64,000 bases of DNA from an uncultured Chloroflexia bacterium (lineage in GTDB: Bacteria > Chloroflexota > Dehalococcoidia > DSTF01 > JALHUB01). Position numbers and translations under genes: made by a program. Below are positions 36,501 through 44,693 of the stretch, in pieces; within the stretch, counting starts at the first letter, position 1, and every line of letters begins with the position of its first letter. The notes below the pieces were generated by a model, which saw only the letters and a program-made list of their open reading frames with translations, did not search any database and was not told where the DNA came from. The stretch covers positions 1,056,001 to 1,120,000 of the forward strand of contig OY969814.1 of the NCBI GenBank assembly GCA_963703345.1. Reading direction: 5' to 3'.

Positions 36501-39393
36501 CGGACTCTGGGGCTTCGGCATCTCCGGCGACTTGCCGATCGTACTTCTGCGCATAGGCGACCGAACGAAGATCGAACTCGTGCGGCAGCTCGTCCAGGCG
36601 CACGCGTACTGGCGCCTCACCGGGCTCGCAGTCGACCTTGTGATCTGGAACGAGGAGCCATCCGGCTACCGACAGGAGCTGCACGAGGAGATCATGGGAA
36701 TCGTCTCCGCCGGAACTGAGTCGCACGTCATTGACCGGCCGGGTGGCATCTTCGTCCGGCACGCCGACCAAATGTCGGAGGAGGATGGGATCCTCCAGCA
36801 GACTGTCGCCCGCGTTGTGATCGTCGATACTGCCGGGACGCTGGCCGAGCAGATCGAGCGCCGCCGCCGCGTCCAGCAAGCTGTGCCGGCGCTCACGCCG
36901 GCCGATGGCATCGTGCCCGAGCGCGAGCGCGCCGTCGAGCTTCCAAGCCGCGACCTCCTGTTCTCGAATGGCCTCGGCGGTTTTGCGCCGGACGGGCGCG
37001 AGTACGTCATCACTCTGCGGCCGGGCGAGACGACGCCAGCGCCCTGGGCGAACGTGCTGGCGAACCCGCAGTTCGGCGCCGTGGTTACAGAGAGCGGGGG
37101 TGGCTACACCTGGGGTGAGAACGCCCACGAACTCCGTCTGACTCCCTGGTACAATGATCCGCTCACGGACACTAGCGGAGAGGCTTTCTACGTTCGTGAC
37201 GAAGAGACCGGTCGCTACTGGTCGCCGACGCCCCTACCAGCGCGCGGCGTGACCGCCTACACGTGCCGCCACGGCTTCGGGTACACGGTTTTCGAGCACG
37301 CGGAGGACGGCGTCGTCTCCGAGCTGGCCGAGTACGTTGCGCTCGACGCGACGGTGAAGCTGATGGCGCTTACGCTTCGCAACGAGTCGGGCCGGGCGCG
37401 GCGCCTCTCGGCGACGGGCTACGTCGAGTGGGTGCTCGGCGAGCAGCGGTCAAAGTCGCTCCTCCACGTCGTTACGGAGATCGACCCGAAGAGCGGCGCC
37501 GTCTTCGCCCGCAATCCCTACAACGGCGACTTCCCCGGCCGCGTCGCCTTCTTCGACGTGGACGAACCGCACTGCACCGTTACCTGTAATCGCGCCGAGT
37601 TCATCGGCCGCAACGGCCTGCCAGGCCAGCCCTCGGCAATGAAAAGGGCTCGTCTATCCGGCCAGGTTGGCGCTGGGCTGGATCCCTGCGCCGCGCTGCA
37701 GGTCCAGGTCGACCTGGCCGACGGCGAGGAACGGGAGATCGTCTTCGTCCTCGGCGTCGGGCGCGACGAGGAGGAGGCGCGCGACGTCGTGCAGCGCTTC
37801 CGCGGCCTCGGGCCCGCGCACGCGGCGCTGGAGGCGGTCAAGGCGCACTGGGAGCGTGTCCTTGGCGCCGTCCGCGTCGAGACACCGGAGCCAACCGTCA
37901 ACATCCTCGCCAATGGCTGGCTTCTCTATCAGACAATCGCTTGCCGCCTCTGGGCGCGGACCGGCTTGTATCAGTCGGGTGGCGCCTTTGGCTTCCGCGA
38001 CCAGCTCCAGGACGTGATGGCGCTTGTCCACGCCCAGCCGCTACTCATCCGCGACCACCTGCTGCGCTGCGCGGCCCGCCAGTTCCGCGAGGGGGACGTC
38101 CAGCACTGGTGGCACCCGCCGACAGGGCGTGGCGTGCGAACGCGCTGCTCCGACGACTTGCTCTGGTTGCCACTGGCGACGGCCCGCTACGTCCTCGCGA
38201 CGGGCGATACCGGCGTCCTCGACGAGCACGTCGCCTATATCGAGGGGCGGCCGCTCAACCCGGGCGAGGACTCCTACTATGACCTGCCGGCGCGGTCGGA
38301 GGAGACGGGCACCCTTTACGAGCACTGCGTCAGGGCGATCGAGCGGGGAACGCGGCTCGGCCGACACGGGCTGCCGTTGATCGGCTCCGGCGATTGGAAC
38401 GACAGCATGAACACGGTCGGCCTGGGCGGTAAGGGCGAGAGCGTCTGGCTGGCGTTTTTCCTCCAGCATGTTCTTACACAGTTCGCCGAAGTCGCGCGCC
38501 TCCACGGCGATGCCGCCTTCGCCGAGCGTTCAGAGTCGGAGGCCGCGGCACTCCGCCAGTCGGCAGAGATGCACGCCTGGGACGGCGATTGGTACCTTCG
38601 CGCCTACTTCGACGCCGGCGAGCCGCTTGGCTCTGCTGGCAGCCCGGAGTGCCGCATCGACTCGATACCTCAGAGCTGGTCTGTGATATCCGGTGCCGGC
38701 GACCCGCAGCGCCCTCGCGTCGCCATGGAGTCTGTCGACCGGCTGCTCGTGCGCCGCGATCAAACCCTCATCCAGCTCCTTGACCCGCCGTTTGACAAGT
38801 CCGAACTGAATCCCGGCTACATCAAGGGGTATCCGCCGGGCGTGAGGGAGAACGGTGGCCAGTACACGCATGCCGCGGTCTGGGCGATCATGGCGTTCGC
38901 GGCGCTGGGCGACGGCCGCCGCGCCTGGGAGTTGCTCTCGCTGATCAGCCCGCTCAACCACGCGTCGGCTGCAGAGAAAGCGGCGACCTATCGTGTCGAG
39001 CCGTACGTTGTCGCCGCCGATGTCCACGCGCTGCCGCCGCGCACGGGCGAAGGCGGCTGGACCTGGTACACGGGTGCCGCCGGCTGGATGTACCGGCTGA
39101 TCGTCGAGTCGCTGCTCGGCCTTCGCTTGGAGGTAGATCGGCTGTCCTTCACGCCTTGCCTGCCGGCCGACTGGCAGTCGTTCAGCCTCAGGTACCGTTA
39201 CCGGGAGACGACCTACGCGATCACCATTCGACGAGCGGGCGAGGGCGATGGAGTGTGCGTAGTCGTAGACGGCGTTGAGCAGCACGAGACGTCGATCCGG
39301 CTCGTTGATGACAACCGGCCGCACACGGCCGAGGTCGAAATCGGCCGGGGCGACGGAAGTAGCCACACCATCGCCCGCTTCGACAATCGTTGA
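30511..39393 (+). CDS. ndvB: Cyclic beta-1,2-glucan synthase (GT84 + glucoamylase-like + GH94 phosphorylase domains)
   Basis: About 2960 aa: EWLRDNFYLIEEQI, LDADT, SHDLLEG, RRHRWIRGDWQ, TM helices, HRTSPTNMG, YYDLLASEARL, YQSGGAFGFRDQLQD, GDWND, ENGGQYTHAA. Confidence 0.93.
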   Translation: MMQSKIRQGQGETGLNSGSRGFRSAIRTIWGRRHKQGVEPARSGDDLPPLRAELLSLEQLKGHAKELAARHAVEEKRGPDLLLPQLNENERVLLNAYRLMTDEGEEQVRVTPAAEWLRDNFYLIEEQIRAARAHLPKGYSQELPRLLGGTSAGYPVVYAIALELVSHGDGRVDAGSLSAFVSAYQAIRPLKLGELWAIPIMLRLALINNLRRVAARIAADRLARNQANHWADRMIEVAGKEPTSLILTLADMARSRPQMSSAFVAELARRLQGQGPAQAMPLTWLEQRLTEMSLTIERLIQLEGQQQAEGQVSISNSIGSLRFLDATDWREFVETMSVVEDTLRDDPAGVYSQMDFATRDRYRHVVERAARRGGLAEREVAQKAVDLAAAARTQAGSQDRTAHVGYYLIDRGVPLFERAAQVRLSPLERLRRAAGRIPLLLYLGSIWLIAATVTFAVLVQAMAFGTRGWGLLPLGALILLCASSLGIAVVNWLATILVKPNTLPRLDFSRGIPSDLRTLVVVPMLLTEPEDIEDLLGALEVRFLANHDNNLYFGLLTDFRDAPAEVMPEDGELLRLAREGIETLNRKYQDDRDDAFFLFHRPRRWNPQERVWMGHERKRGKLSDLNALLRGAEDGRFSLIVGERSVLPAVKYVLTLDADTELPRDAARLLVGTLSHPLNRPRYDEAKGRICEGYGILQPRLSPAMANVSRSPFSRLFGGEPGIDPYTRAVSDVYQDVFREGSFTGKGIFDVDAFERALGGRFPENLILSHDLLEGCYARSALVTDVQLQESYPTRFSADVTRRHRWIRGDWQIARWLLPFAPDASGRSARNPLSALSRWKIFDNLRRSLLPGALVLLLLLGWTTLGPAWFWTCIVAGIVLLGPLLAFLGDIAAKPTGLPIRLHLRAAAASGARRMAQSAFGLAVLPYEAAFSLDAVLKTWWRMLVTRRGLLKWTTSSDARRSASRRLAEFLRMMWVAPAIALAVMGYLSVERPMALLPAGPLLAAWVASPVIAWWVSRPIEQREPHLSPVQTNFLRKLARETWRFFETFVGPEDNWLPPDSYQEEPIETVAHRTSPTNMGLSLLANLAAYDFGYISARRLIERTTRALQTMEGLERNRGHFYNWYDTITLRPLAPLYVSTVDSGNLAAHLLTLRPGLQELADSQVLPPQALGGLRDTLGLLAGAARAARSPETPDSDSGLTGMLDEIAGLIDTPASPPVGLYACRSLLDQLMTAAGRIAGDLGPEPDAEAEWWARSFKEQCEDWLGDLDHLAPWAALSPPPDALVDNGATEAAASEALFDAICRLEEGPTLRETADFSETLIPALDARLAALTVDGTRPAHEWLARLRGAVSEASSHAADRLETIERLGGLSYRLADADYDFLTDHSRNLFAIGYNVAERRRDPSYYDLLASEARLASFVSIAQRHLSQDHWFALGRLVTTSGADPALLSWGGSMFEYLMPLVVMPTYGGTVLDGTYKAIVRRQIGYGAQRGVPWGISESGYNTTDAHLNYQYRAFGVPGLGFKRGLAEDLVVAPYATVMALMVSPKEACANLERLADLGAEGRYGLYEAIDYTSSRLPRGETFALVRSFMPHHEGMSFLSLAYALLGRPMQRRFLSEPIFRATEGLLQERVPKVAPFYPNAAETSGLQQRAGEYQALLRVFSNPNSASPEVHLLSNGSYNVMVTNAGGGYSRWRDLAVTRWQEDATRDCHGTFCYLRDLTSGEVWSTAYQPTLRQPKTYDAIFSQARAEYRRRDGEIDTHTEIAVSPEDDVEIRRIRITNRSGTRRTIEVTSYAEVVMAPPAADAAHPAFSNLFVQTEIVPSHDAVLCSRRPRSPGEPTPWMVHLMDARATSSIGETSFETDRLRFIGRGRSLADPEAMQDTGRLSGSQGAVLDPIVSVRRQVTVGPDETVWVNVVTGVGETRQRAMALAGKYHDRRLADRVFDLAMTHRQVVLRQLNATESDAQLYGRLASSIVYANAGRRAPANVLARNRRPQSGLWGFGISGDLPIVLLRIGDRTKIELVRQLVQAHAYWRLTGLAVDLVIWNEEPSGYRQELHEEIMGIVSAGTESHVIDRPGGIFVRHADQMSEEDGILQQTVARVVIVDTAGTLAEQIERRRRVQQAVPALTPADGIVPERERAVELPSRDLLFSNGLGGFAPDGREYVITLRPGETTPAPWANVLANPQFGAVVTESGGGYTWGENAHELRLTPWYNDPLTDTSGEAFYVRDEETGRYWSPTPLPARGVTAYTCRHGFGYTVFEHAEDGVVSELAEYVALDATVKLMALTLRNESGRARRLSATGYVEWVLGEQRSKSLLHVVTEIDPKSGAVFARNPYNGDFPGRVAFFDVDEPHCTVTCNRAEFIGRNGLPGQPSAMKRARLSGQVGAGLDPCAALQVQVDLADGEEREIVFVLGVGRDEEEARDVVQRFRGLGPAHAALEAVKAHWERVLGAVRVETPEPTVNILANGWLLYQTIACRLWARTGLYQSGGAFGFRDQLQDVMALVHAQPLLIRDHLLRCAARQFREGDVQHWWHPPTGRGVRTRCSDDLLWLPLATARYVLATGDTGVLDEHVAYIEGRPLNPGEDSYYDLPARSEETGTLYEHCVRAIERGTRLGRHGLPLIGSGDWNDSMNTVGLGGKGESVWLAFFLQHVLTQFAEVARLHGDAAFAERSESEAAALRQSAEMHAWDGDWYLRAYFDAGEPLGSAGSPECRIDSIPQSWSVISGAGDPQRPRVAMESVDRLLVRRDQTLIQLLDPPFDKSELNPGYIKGYPPGVRENGGQYTHAAVWAIMAFAALGDGRRAWELLSLISPLNHASAAEKAATYRVEPYVVAADVHALPPRTGEGGWTWYTGAAGWMYRLIVESLLGLRLEVDRLSFTPCLPADWQSFSLRYRYRETTYAITIRRAGEGDGVCVVVDGVEQHETSIRLVDDNRPHTAEVEIGRGDGSSHTIARFDNR

Positions 39394-39735
39394 TGTACTG
39401 GAGCGACCTGACACTTCTGTTGTGCCCTACACCCTAGAGGATATCATTCGAACCATCGATCAGTGGGCTTTTGTTGGCAAGCCCAGCGGAAACCAGAAGC
39501 CGGCATCTGGATCTGACTTGCACTCATATCTTGCATTGAAGGGCAAGCTGGGATCGCTGCGCAGGACAGGTGCCTTCGATGCGCCTAACGTCCCTCCGAT
39601 GAGGGCTTCTGAGTTGATTCAGGCAGGCCGCGTCAGTGTGTTCGATGTGTCCTACGCAAATGATCGCCTGAAAAACCTGGTCATCGCTCAGCTTCTGCGC
39701 TCAGTATTCGACTACAAGAGAACCAATGAGAAGGC
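39386..39735 (+). pseudogene. Internal fragment of a HerA/DUF87-like ATPase
   Basis: YTLEDII...SYLALKGKLGSLRRTGAFD...ELIQAGRVSVFDVSYANDRLKNLVIAQLLRSVFDYK resembles the segment before Walker B. No start or Walker motifs; abrupt drop in GC. Confidence 0.6.
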
Positions 39736-40376
39736 CGCTGCCCGAAAGCAAGCGCGCCGATTTCGCCGCCGAGAGCGCCGAAGCAGCAGGCAAGGTCGCC
39801 AGAGGACTGTCAGGGCTGACCCTACCGCGACCAGGGCTCCTCCTCCAGGCCAGACTCTAGGCTTCTTGCCTTTCACGAATATCATCCTCCTTTACGATAA
39901 TAAGCAGTACGACGAGATACTCAAGCGTCAGTCGAGCGGGATCCATCCTCCTTTCGACGAACGCAACGCGACGAGGCACGACAAGCTTCAGTTGAGCGGG
40001 TCCCGGTTCGATTCGGCGCCTGCTCTTCTGAGACTGCACAGGTCAGCGCCAGCGCGCACTAGACAGGAATGTTCGCGTCCGATCTTGCGACCGGCCCGAG
40101 GCGGGCGAGTGGTATGTAGCCTACAAGATAGTCACCTCTTTGTCAAGGCGCGAGCGCCCCGCTGCACAATACGCTGAAATAGCTAGAATTAGCTCGAAAT
40201 AAGTGCGGCGCGACCACCTGAGTGGGTATCTTCGGCGGTCTGCATCGAATCTGAAAAGGCCGGTTTAGCTTCGCAGCTCATAGATATTGTCAAGATCTCC
40301 TGAAAGGGCAGATGCACACCTAACTAGTAAGTTCTTGGGGGGGGGAGAATTGCGGGGATGAGGCCGATTTTGAATC

Positions 40377-40422
40377 TGGTCGGGGCGGTGGGATTCGAAC
40401 CCACGACCTCCTGAACCCCATT
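40377..40422 (-). pseudogene. 3' half of tRNA-Pro(GGG), likely an att-site remnant
   Basis: Minus strand AATGGGGTTCAGGAGGTCGTGGGTTCGAATCCCACCGCCCCGACCA; no 5' half. Confidence 0.85.
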
Positions 40423-40558
40423 TGGAGGCTCCTCGATTGAATCGGTGTCGGAGGGAGGCTTCCTGATTGGTATTTCGGAGATCTTCGAGTCAGGGCGATA
40501 TCTGAAGACACCATCCCGGTGCCAACTGGTGCGTAGTCATCTCCAACATCATATCCAC

Positions 40559-40597
40559 GTCACACTTTCGTCACGCTCGCATCACACGCATGTCACA
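40559..40597 (+). promoter_or_regulatory. Four direct repeats RTCACR at 11-bp period (OmpR/PhoB-type or other DNA-binding array)
   Basis: GTCACA 40559, GTCACG 40570, ATCACA 40581, GTCACA 40592. Confidence 0.55.
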
Positions 40598-40601
40598 GGA
40601 T

Positions 40602-40671
40602 GCCCTCGCTCAGGCCAAGAGAAGGGTTTCGAGACCGCGTGTCGCAGGTTCGAGTCCTGCCGGGGGTACCA
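40602..40671 (+). pseudogene. Degenerate tRNA-Arg-like gene (intact 3' half, eroded 5' half)
   Basis: ACCGCGTGTCGCAGGTTCGAGTCCTGCCGGGGGTACCA gives T-arm, acceptor and CCA. Upstream GCCCTCGCTCAGG...AGAG...GGTTTCG looks like a damaged tRNA-Arg 5' half. Confidence 0.7.
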
Positions 40672-40735
40672 GCAATCTGGCTGGCGCCCCGTGCCCGGCG
40701 TCCGCGCGGCGTGCGAAGGGACAGGTGGCCTCCTT

Positions 40736-41401
40736 CTAGTACTTGGAGACGTTAAGCTCCTCCAACCGCCCCGTCACCAGGTACGCGACGCGTTCGCAGA
40801 CGTTGGTGACCCGATCGGCGATGCGCTCCAGGTTGTGCGCAACCCAGAGCAGTCGCGTCGCCCGCTCAATCGTATGTGGGTCGTTGAGCATGTAGGTCAA
40901 GAGCTCGCGGTAGACCTGGTCGTAGAGCGCATCGACCTCGTCGTCGCGGTTCATGGTCGAGCGTGCCAGGCCAGCGTCGCGGCGCTTGAACGCCTCGATG
41001 GCGTCTCGCAGCATCTCGGACGCGATGTCCGCCATCCGCGGCAGATCGACGTACGGCTTGAGCGGCGGCTCGTCGGCAAGCATCACGACGATCTTCGCGA
41101 TTCCTTCCGCGTGGTCACCCATCCGCTCTAGGTCGACGATCATGTGCAGCACGGCGACGATCGTCCGCAGGTCGCCGGCGAGCGGCTGCTGGGTCGCGAT
41201 GAGCTCCAGGCAGCGCTCCTCCGTGTCATAGCGCTTGCGGTTGATCTTGACGTCATCGGCGATGATCTGCCTGGCGAGATCGAGATCGCGATTCCTCAGG
41301 GCTACGATGGAACGCTGGATGGCGCTGTCTACCATGTCCGCCATCACGAGCATGTCTTCCTGGACGCTGGCCAGGTTCCGTTCTAGAAGCGTGCGGGCCA
41401 T
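40736..41401 (-). CDS. phoU: Phosphate signalling/transport regulator PhoU
   Basis: ATQQPLAGDLR, DLERMGDHA, RDDEVD, LERIADRVTN; last gene of the pst operon. Confidence 0.95.
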   Translation of the reverse strand: MARTLLERNLASVQEDMLVMADMVDSAIQRSIVALRNRDLDLARQIIADDVKINRKRYDTEERCLELIATQQPLAGDLRTIVAVLHMIVDLERMGDHAEGIAKIVVMLADEPPLKPYVDLPRMADIASEMLRDAIEAFKRRDAGLARSTMNRDDEVDALYDQVYRELLTYMLNDPHTIERATRLLWVAHNLERIADRVTNVCERVAYLVTGRLEELNVSKY

Positions 41402-41814
41402 TGTTCCACTCCTCCAACGAACTCGCGGATAAGTTCCTCCAGGGTATCGCGTACACGATTAAAGCACGCCAGCCTCGCTGCCTCGTCGCCGGGGGCAACC
41501 GACGGGTCGGGCAGGCTCCAGTGCAGGAAGCGAGGAGCGCCGGGGAAGAAAGGGCATGCTTCCTTCGCCTCGTCGCAGAGCGTGATGACCACATCCGGCG
41601 AACCTTCGATCTCGCCGACGTCCTTCGCGCGCTGACCGCTAATGTCGATGCCGATCTCGCGCATAGCCGCGATCGCCAGATGGTGCACTTCGGTCGGCGC
41701 CACGCCCGCGCTCTCGACCTCGAAGCGGTTGCCGGCCATGTTGCGTAGCAGCGCCTCCGCCATCTGGCTGCGGGATGCATTGTGGGTGCACAGGAATAGC
41801 ACTCGAACTGCCAT
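41383..41814 (-). CDS. arsC: Thioredoxin-type arsenate reductase / LMW-PTP family
   Basis: VLFLCTHNASRSQMAE P-loop, ITLCDEAKEACP resolving Cys pair, HWSLPDP. Confidence 0.88.
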   Translation of the reverse strand: MAVRVLFLCTHNASRSQMAEALLRNMAGNRFEVESAGVAPTEVHHLAIAAMREIGIDISGQRAKDVGEIEGSPDVVITLCDEAKEACPFFPGAPRFLHWSLPDPSVAPGDEAARLACFNRVRDTLEELIREFVGGVEQWPARF

Positions 41815-41824
41815 GTCGACCTCT

Positions 41825-42706
41825 TCAGCCAAAGCGGCCGGTGATGTAGTCTTCGGTGCGCTTGTCCCTGGGATTGGTGAATACCTCGCTCGTCGCTCCG
41901 AATTCTATCATCTCGCCGGCGCGGTCCTCCGCCATCATCATCACCGCCGTGCAGTCGGCGACGCGGGCCGCCTGCTGCATGTTGTGTGTGACAATCACGA
42001 TGGCGTAGCTGCTCGACAACTCACGCATCAGGTCTTCGATCTTCAGCGTCGCAACGGGATCGAGAGCGCTGCACGGCTCGTCCATCAGAATAACCTCCGG
42101 CTCGATGGCGAGGGCGCGGGCGATGCAGAGTCGCTGCTGCTGCCCGCCTGAAAGTTCGGTGGCCGGCCGGTTCAGCTTGTCCTTCACCTCGTCCCACAGC
42201 GCCGCTCGCCGCAGCCCCTGCTCGACGATGTCTGCGAGATGGCTGCGCCTGGAGAAGAGACTGTTGAGCTTCAGGCCGGCGGCGACGTTGTCGAAGACGG
42301 ACATCGTCGGGAAGGGATTCGGCTTCTGGAAGACCATGCCGACGCGGCGTCGCACAAGCACGGGGTCGGTGCCGTTTCCGTAGATGTCATCGGACCGCAG
42401 GAAGACCTGCCCGGCGACGCGCGCCTTAGGGGCGACCTCATGCATGCGGTTCAGGCAGCGAATGAGCGTCGACTTGCCACAGCCGGATGGACCGATTACC
42501 GCGGTCACGCGCCTCGGCCCGACAAGCAGATTCACATCTCTGATCGCCTGAAATGAGCCGTACCAGGCGCTCAGGTTGCGAATTACCATGCCTTCCTCCC
42601 ATGCTTCGGTCTCTGATACCGGGCACGTCATTTCGGTTTCAGGTCCGCGTTGCTCGTCAGAAGTCATGGCTGGCGGTTTGAACCGAAAGTCAGTCATCAT
42701 AACCAT
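41825..42706 (-). CDS. pstB: Phosphate ABC transporter ATPase (true start may be downstream)
   Basis: [63 protein letters not shown]. Confidence 0.95.
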   Translation of the reverse strand: MVMMTDFRFKPPAMTSDEQRGPETEMTCPVSETEAWEEGMVIRNLSAWYGSFQAIRDVNLLVGPRRVTAVIGPSGCGKSTLIRCLNRMHEVAPKARVAGQVFLRSDDIYGNGTDPVLVRRRVGMVFQKPNPFPTMSVFDNVAAGLKLNSLFSRRSHLADIVEQGLRRAALWDEVKDKLNRPATELSGGQQQRLCIARALAIEPEVILMDEPCSALDPVATLKIEDLMRELSSSYAIVIVTHNMQQAARVADCTAVMMMAEDRAGEMIEFGATSEVFTNPRDKRTEDYITGRFG

Positions 42707-42710
42707 TTCC

Positions 42711-43553
42711 TTATCCTCTCCTCGATAGCAGCAGGCGCGACACCAGGCTAATACAAAACACCACTGTCACAAGCACGAAGGCGGCTGCCCATGCCTGTTG
42801 ATGCTGTTGGTTATAGGGGCCTGTGCCGTACTGGTAGATCCGCAGGGGCAGCGCGTCGATTGGCTTGTCGGCGATGCTCAGGCTCCAGAACTGATTGCCG
42901 AGAGCGGTGAAAAGTAAAGGCGCGGTCTCGCCGGCTGCGCGGGCCACGGCGAGGAGGCCGCCGGTGATCAGGCCGCGTCGCGCCGCCGGAATGACGATGC
43001 TCAATATCGTCCGCCAGCGCGTCACGCCCAGCGCCAGGGCCGCCTCCCGCTGCGACTGCGGCACCAGCTTCAGCATCTCCTCGCTGGAACGCGCCATGAT
43101 GGGCAGCATGATGATCGCCAGGGCGACCGCTGCGGCCAGCGCGGAGAAGTGGCCCATTTTGAGCACTAGCCACGAGTAGACGACGATACCGACGACAATC
43201 GAAGGCACGCCCGTCAGGACGTCGGCGGTGAAGCGAATGATGCCGGCCAGCCTGGGGCCCGCCATCTCGGCCACGAACACGCCGGCACCGATGCCGAACG
43301 GGATTCCCATCGCAGCGGCAAGGCCGACCGTCAGGAGCGAGCCCGCAATCGCGTTGGACACGCCGCCTCCCGATTCGTCTGGAGGCTTCGGCAACTGCGT
43401 GAAAAAATCGACATTGATATAGCTGATGCCGTTGTACAGCACATAGCCCAGGATCAGCGCCAGCACTCCAATCGCCAGCAACGCCGAGGTCGTGCAGAGG
43501 CCCAGCATGACGGTGTTCGTCCATTTTCGTCTGGCGTGTGTTATCGCGCTCAT
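42711..43553 (-). CDS. pstA: Phosphate ABC transporter permease
   Basis: [26 protein letters not shown]; ATGA overlap with pstC. Confidence 0.95.
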   Translation of the reverse strand: MSAITHARRKWTNTVMLGLCTTSALLAIGVLALILGYVLYNGISYINVDFFTQLPKPPDESGGGVSNAIAGSLLTVGLAAAMGIPFGIGAGVFVAEMAGPRLAGIIRFTADVLTGVPSIVVGIVVYSWLVLKMGHFSALAAAVALAIIMLPIMARSSEEMLKLVPQSQREAALALGVTRWRTILSIVIPAARRGLITGGLLAVARAAGETAPLLFTALGNQFWSLSIADKPIDALPLRIYQYGTGPYNQQHQQAWAAAFVLVTVVFCISLVSRLLLSRRG

Positions 43554-44533
43554 TCCCTGATCGCCTCCGGAGAGCGGGCTATTCGCCAGACCAGCAGCCT
43601 GGCGGCGACGTTCACAAGAAGAGTTATGCCCAGGAGTATCAGCGCCAGCTCCATCAGCGCCGAAGTGTACAGGCTGAAGCTGGCCTCGCTGAACTCGCTG
43701 GCGATCTGGCTGGCCGCCGTGCTCGCCGGCGCGAACAACGAGGTGTTGATATCGTACGTCTTGCCGATGACCATCGTCACGGCCATCGTCTCGCCGAGCG
43801 CGCGTCCTAGCCCCAGCAGCACCGCACCGACCAGGCCGGAGCGGCAGTACTGTAGAACAGCGCGACTTATCATCTCCCACTTCGTCGCGCCCAATGCCAG
43901 CATCGCCTCCCGCTGCGAGGACGGCACCGCCAGCAGGGAATCGCGTGCGATGGCGGTGATGATCGGCAGGATCATGATCGCCAGGATGACGCCCGCCGCG
44001 AGCATGCCGACGCCGAAGGGCGGGCCGCTGAACAGCGGCAGGAAGCTAAGATGGCTCCCCAGAGTCTTCTCCACCGGGCTTCGAATCCACGGCACGAGCA
44101 CGTAGATCGCCCACAGCCCGAAGACTACGCTGGGTATGGCGGCCAGACTCTCGACGAGGAACGACGCGGGATGCCGCAGCCAGGGCGGCGCCATCTCCGA
44201 CAGGTAGATCGCCGCGCCCAGGCTGACCGGCACGGCGAGAATCACCGCGATGATGGAGCTGACGAGTGTCCCGTAAATCGCCGGCGCCGCGCCGAATGTG
44301 CGGCTCACTGGATTCCAGGTCGTGCCGGTCAGGAAGCCCCAGCCAAACGTGCTAATGGAATCGCGCGACTCGAAGGCCAGTTGCCACAGCATAAGCGCAG
44401 CCAGCAGCAGCACCGACGCTCCGAAGACGGCAATGACGGCGCGGAACAGCATGTCACCGGCGTGGGCGCGCCTCCACGAGCGTAGCAGGCGCCATGCTGC
44501 GTTGCCGTTTGGTTCGCCTGTTGCTGCCTGCAT
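43550..44533 (-). CDS. pstC: Phosphate ABC transporter permease
   Basis: LAAIPSVVFGLWA, ILAIMILPII, GRALGETMAVTMVIG. Confidence 0.95.
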   Translation of the reverse strand: MQAATGEPNGNAAWRLLRSWRRAHAGDMLFRAVIAVFGASVLLLAALMLWQLAFESRDSISTFGWGFLTGTTWNPVSRTFGAAPAIYGTLVSSIIAVILAVPVSLGAAIYLSEMAPPWLRHPASFLVESLAAIPSVVFGLWAIYVLVPWIRSPVEKTLGSHLSFLPLFSGPPFGVGMLAAGVILAIMILPIITAIARDSLLAVPSSQREAMLALGATKWEMISRAVLQYCRSGLVGAVLLGLGRALGETMAVTMVIGKTYDINTSLFAPASTAASQIASEFSEASFSLYTSALMELALILLGITLLVNVAARLLVWRIARSPEAIRE

Positions 44534-44693
44534 ATTTCCGCTTCTCCATCCTAGACGGCAGAAGCGAGGGCTCCCGCGTCACGCGCATGAGCCCTCGCTC
44601 GCCCCGAGCGCAGGTAATGTAGATAGGGGCCAAGGGACACGGTGCAGGGCCCCGCCTCTCCCTTTTTCCGAGTCACTCGGCCCCACATCCGGG

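Noticed and set aside
39275-40177. 300-aa ORF as a real gene
   Set aside because: Chimera of an out-of-frame cgs tail, the HerA-like fragment and unrelated sequence.
40377-40671. Functional tRNA genes
   Set aside because: 5' halves are absent or cannot form D and anticodon arms. The same applies to 6660 and 25757.
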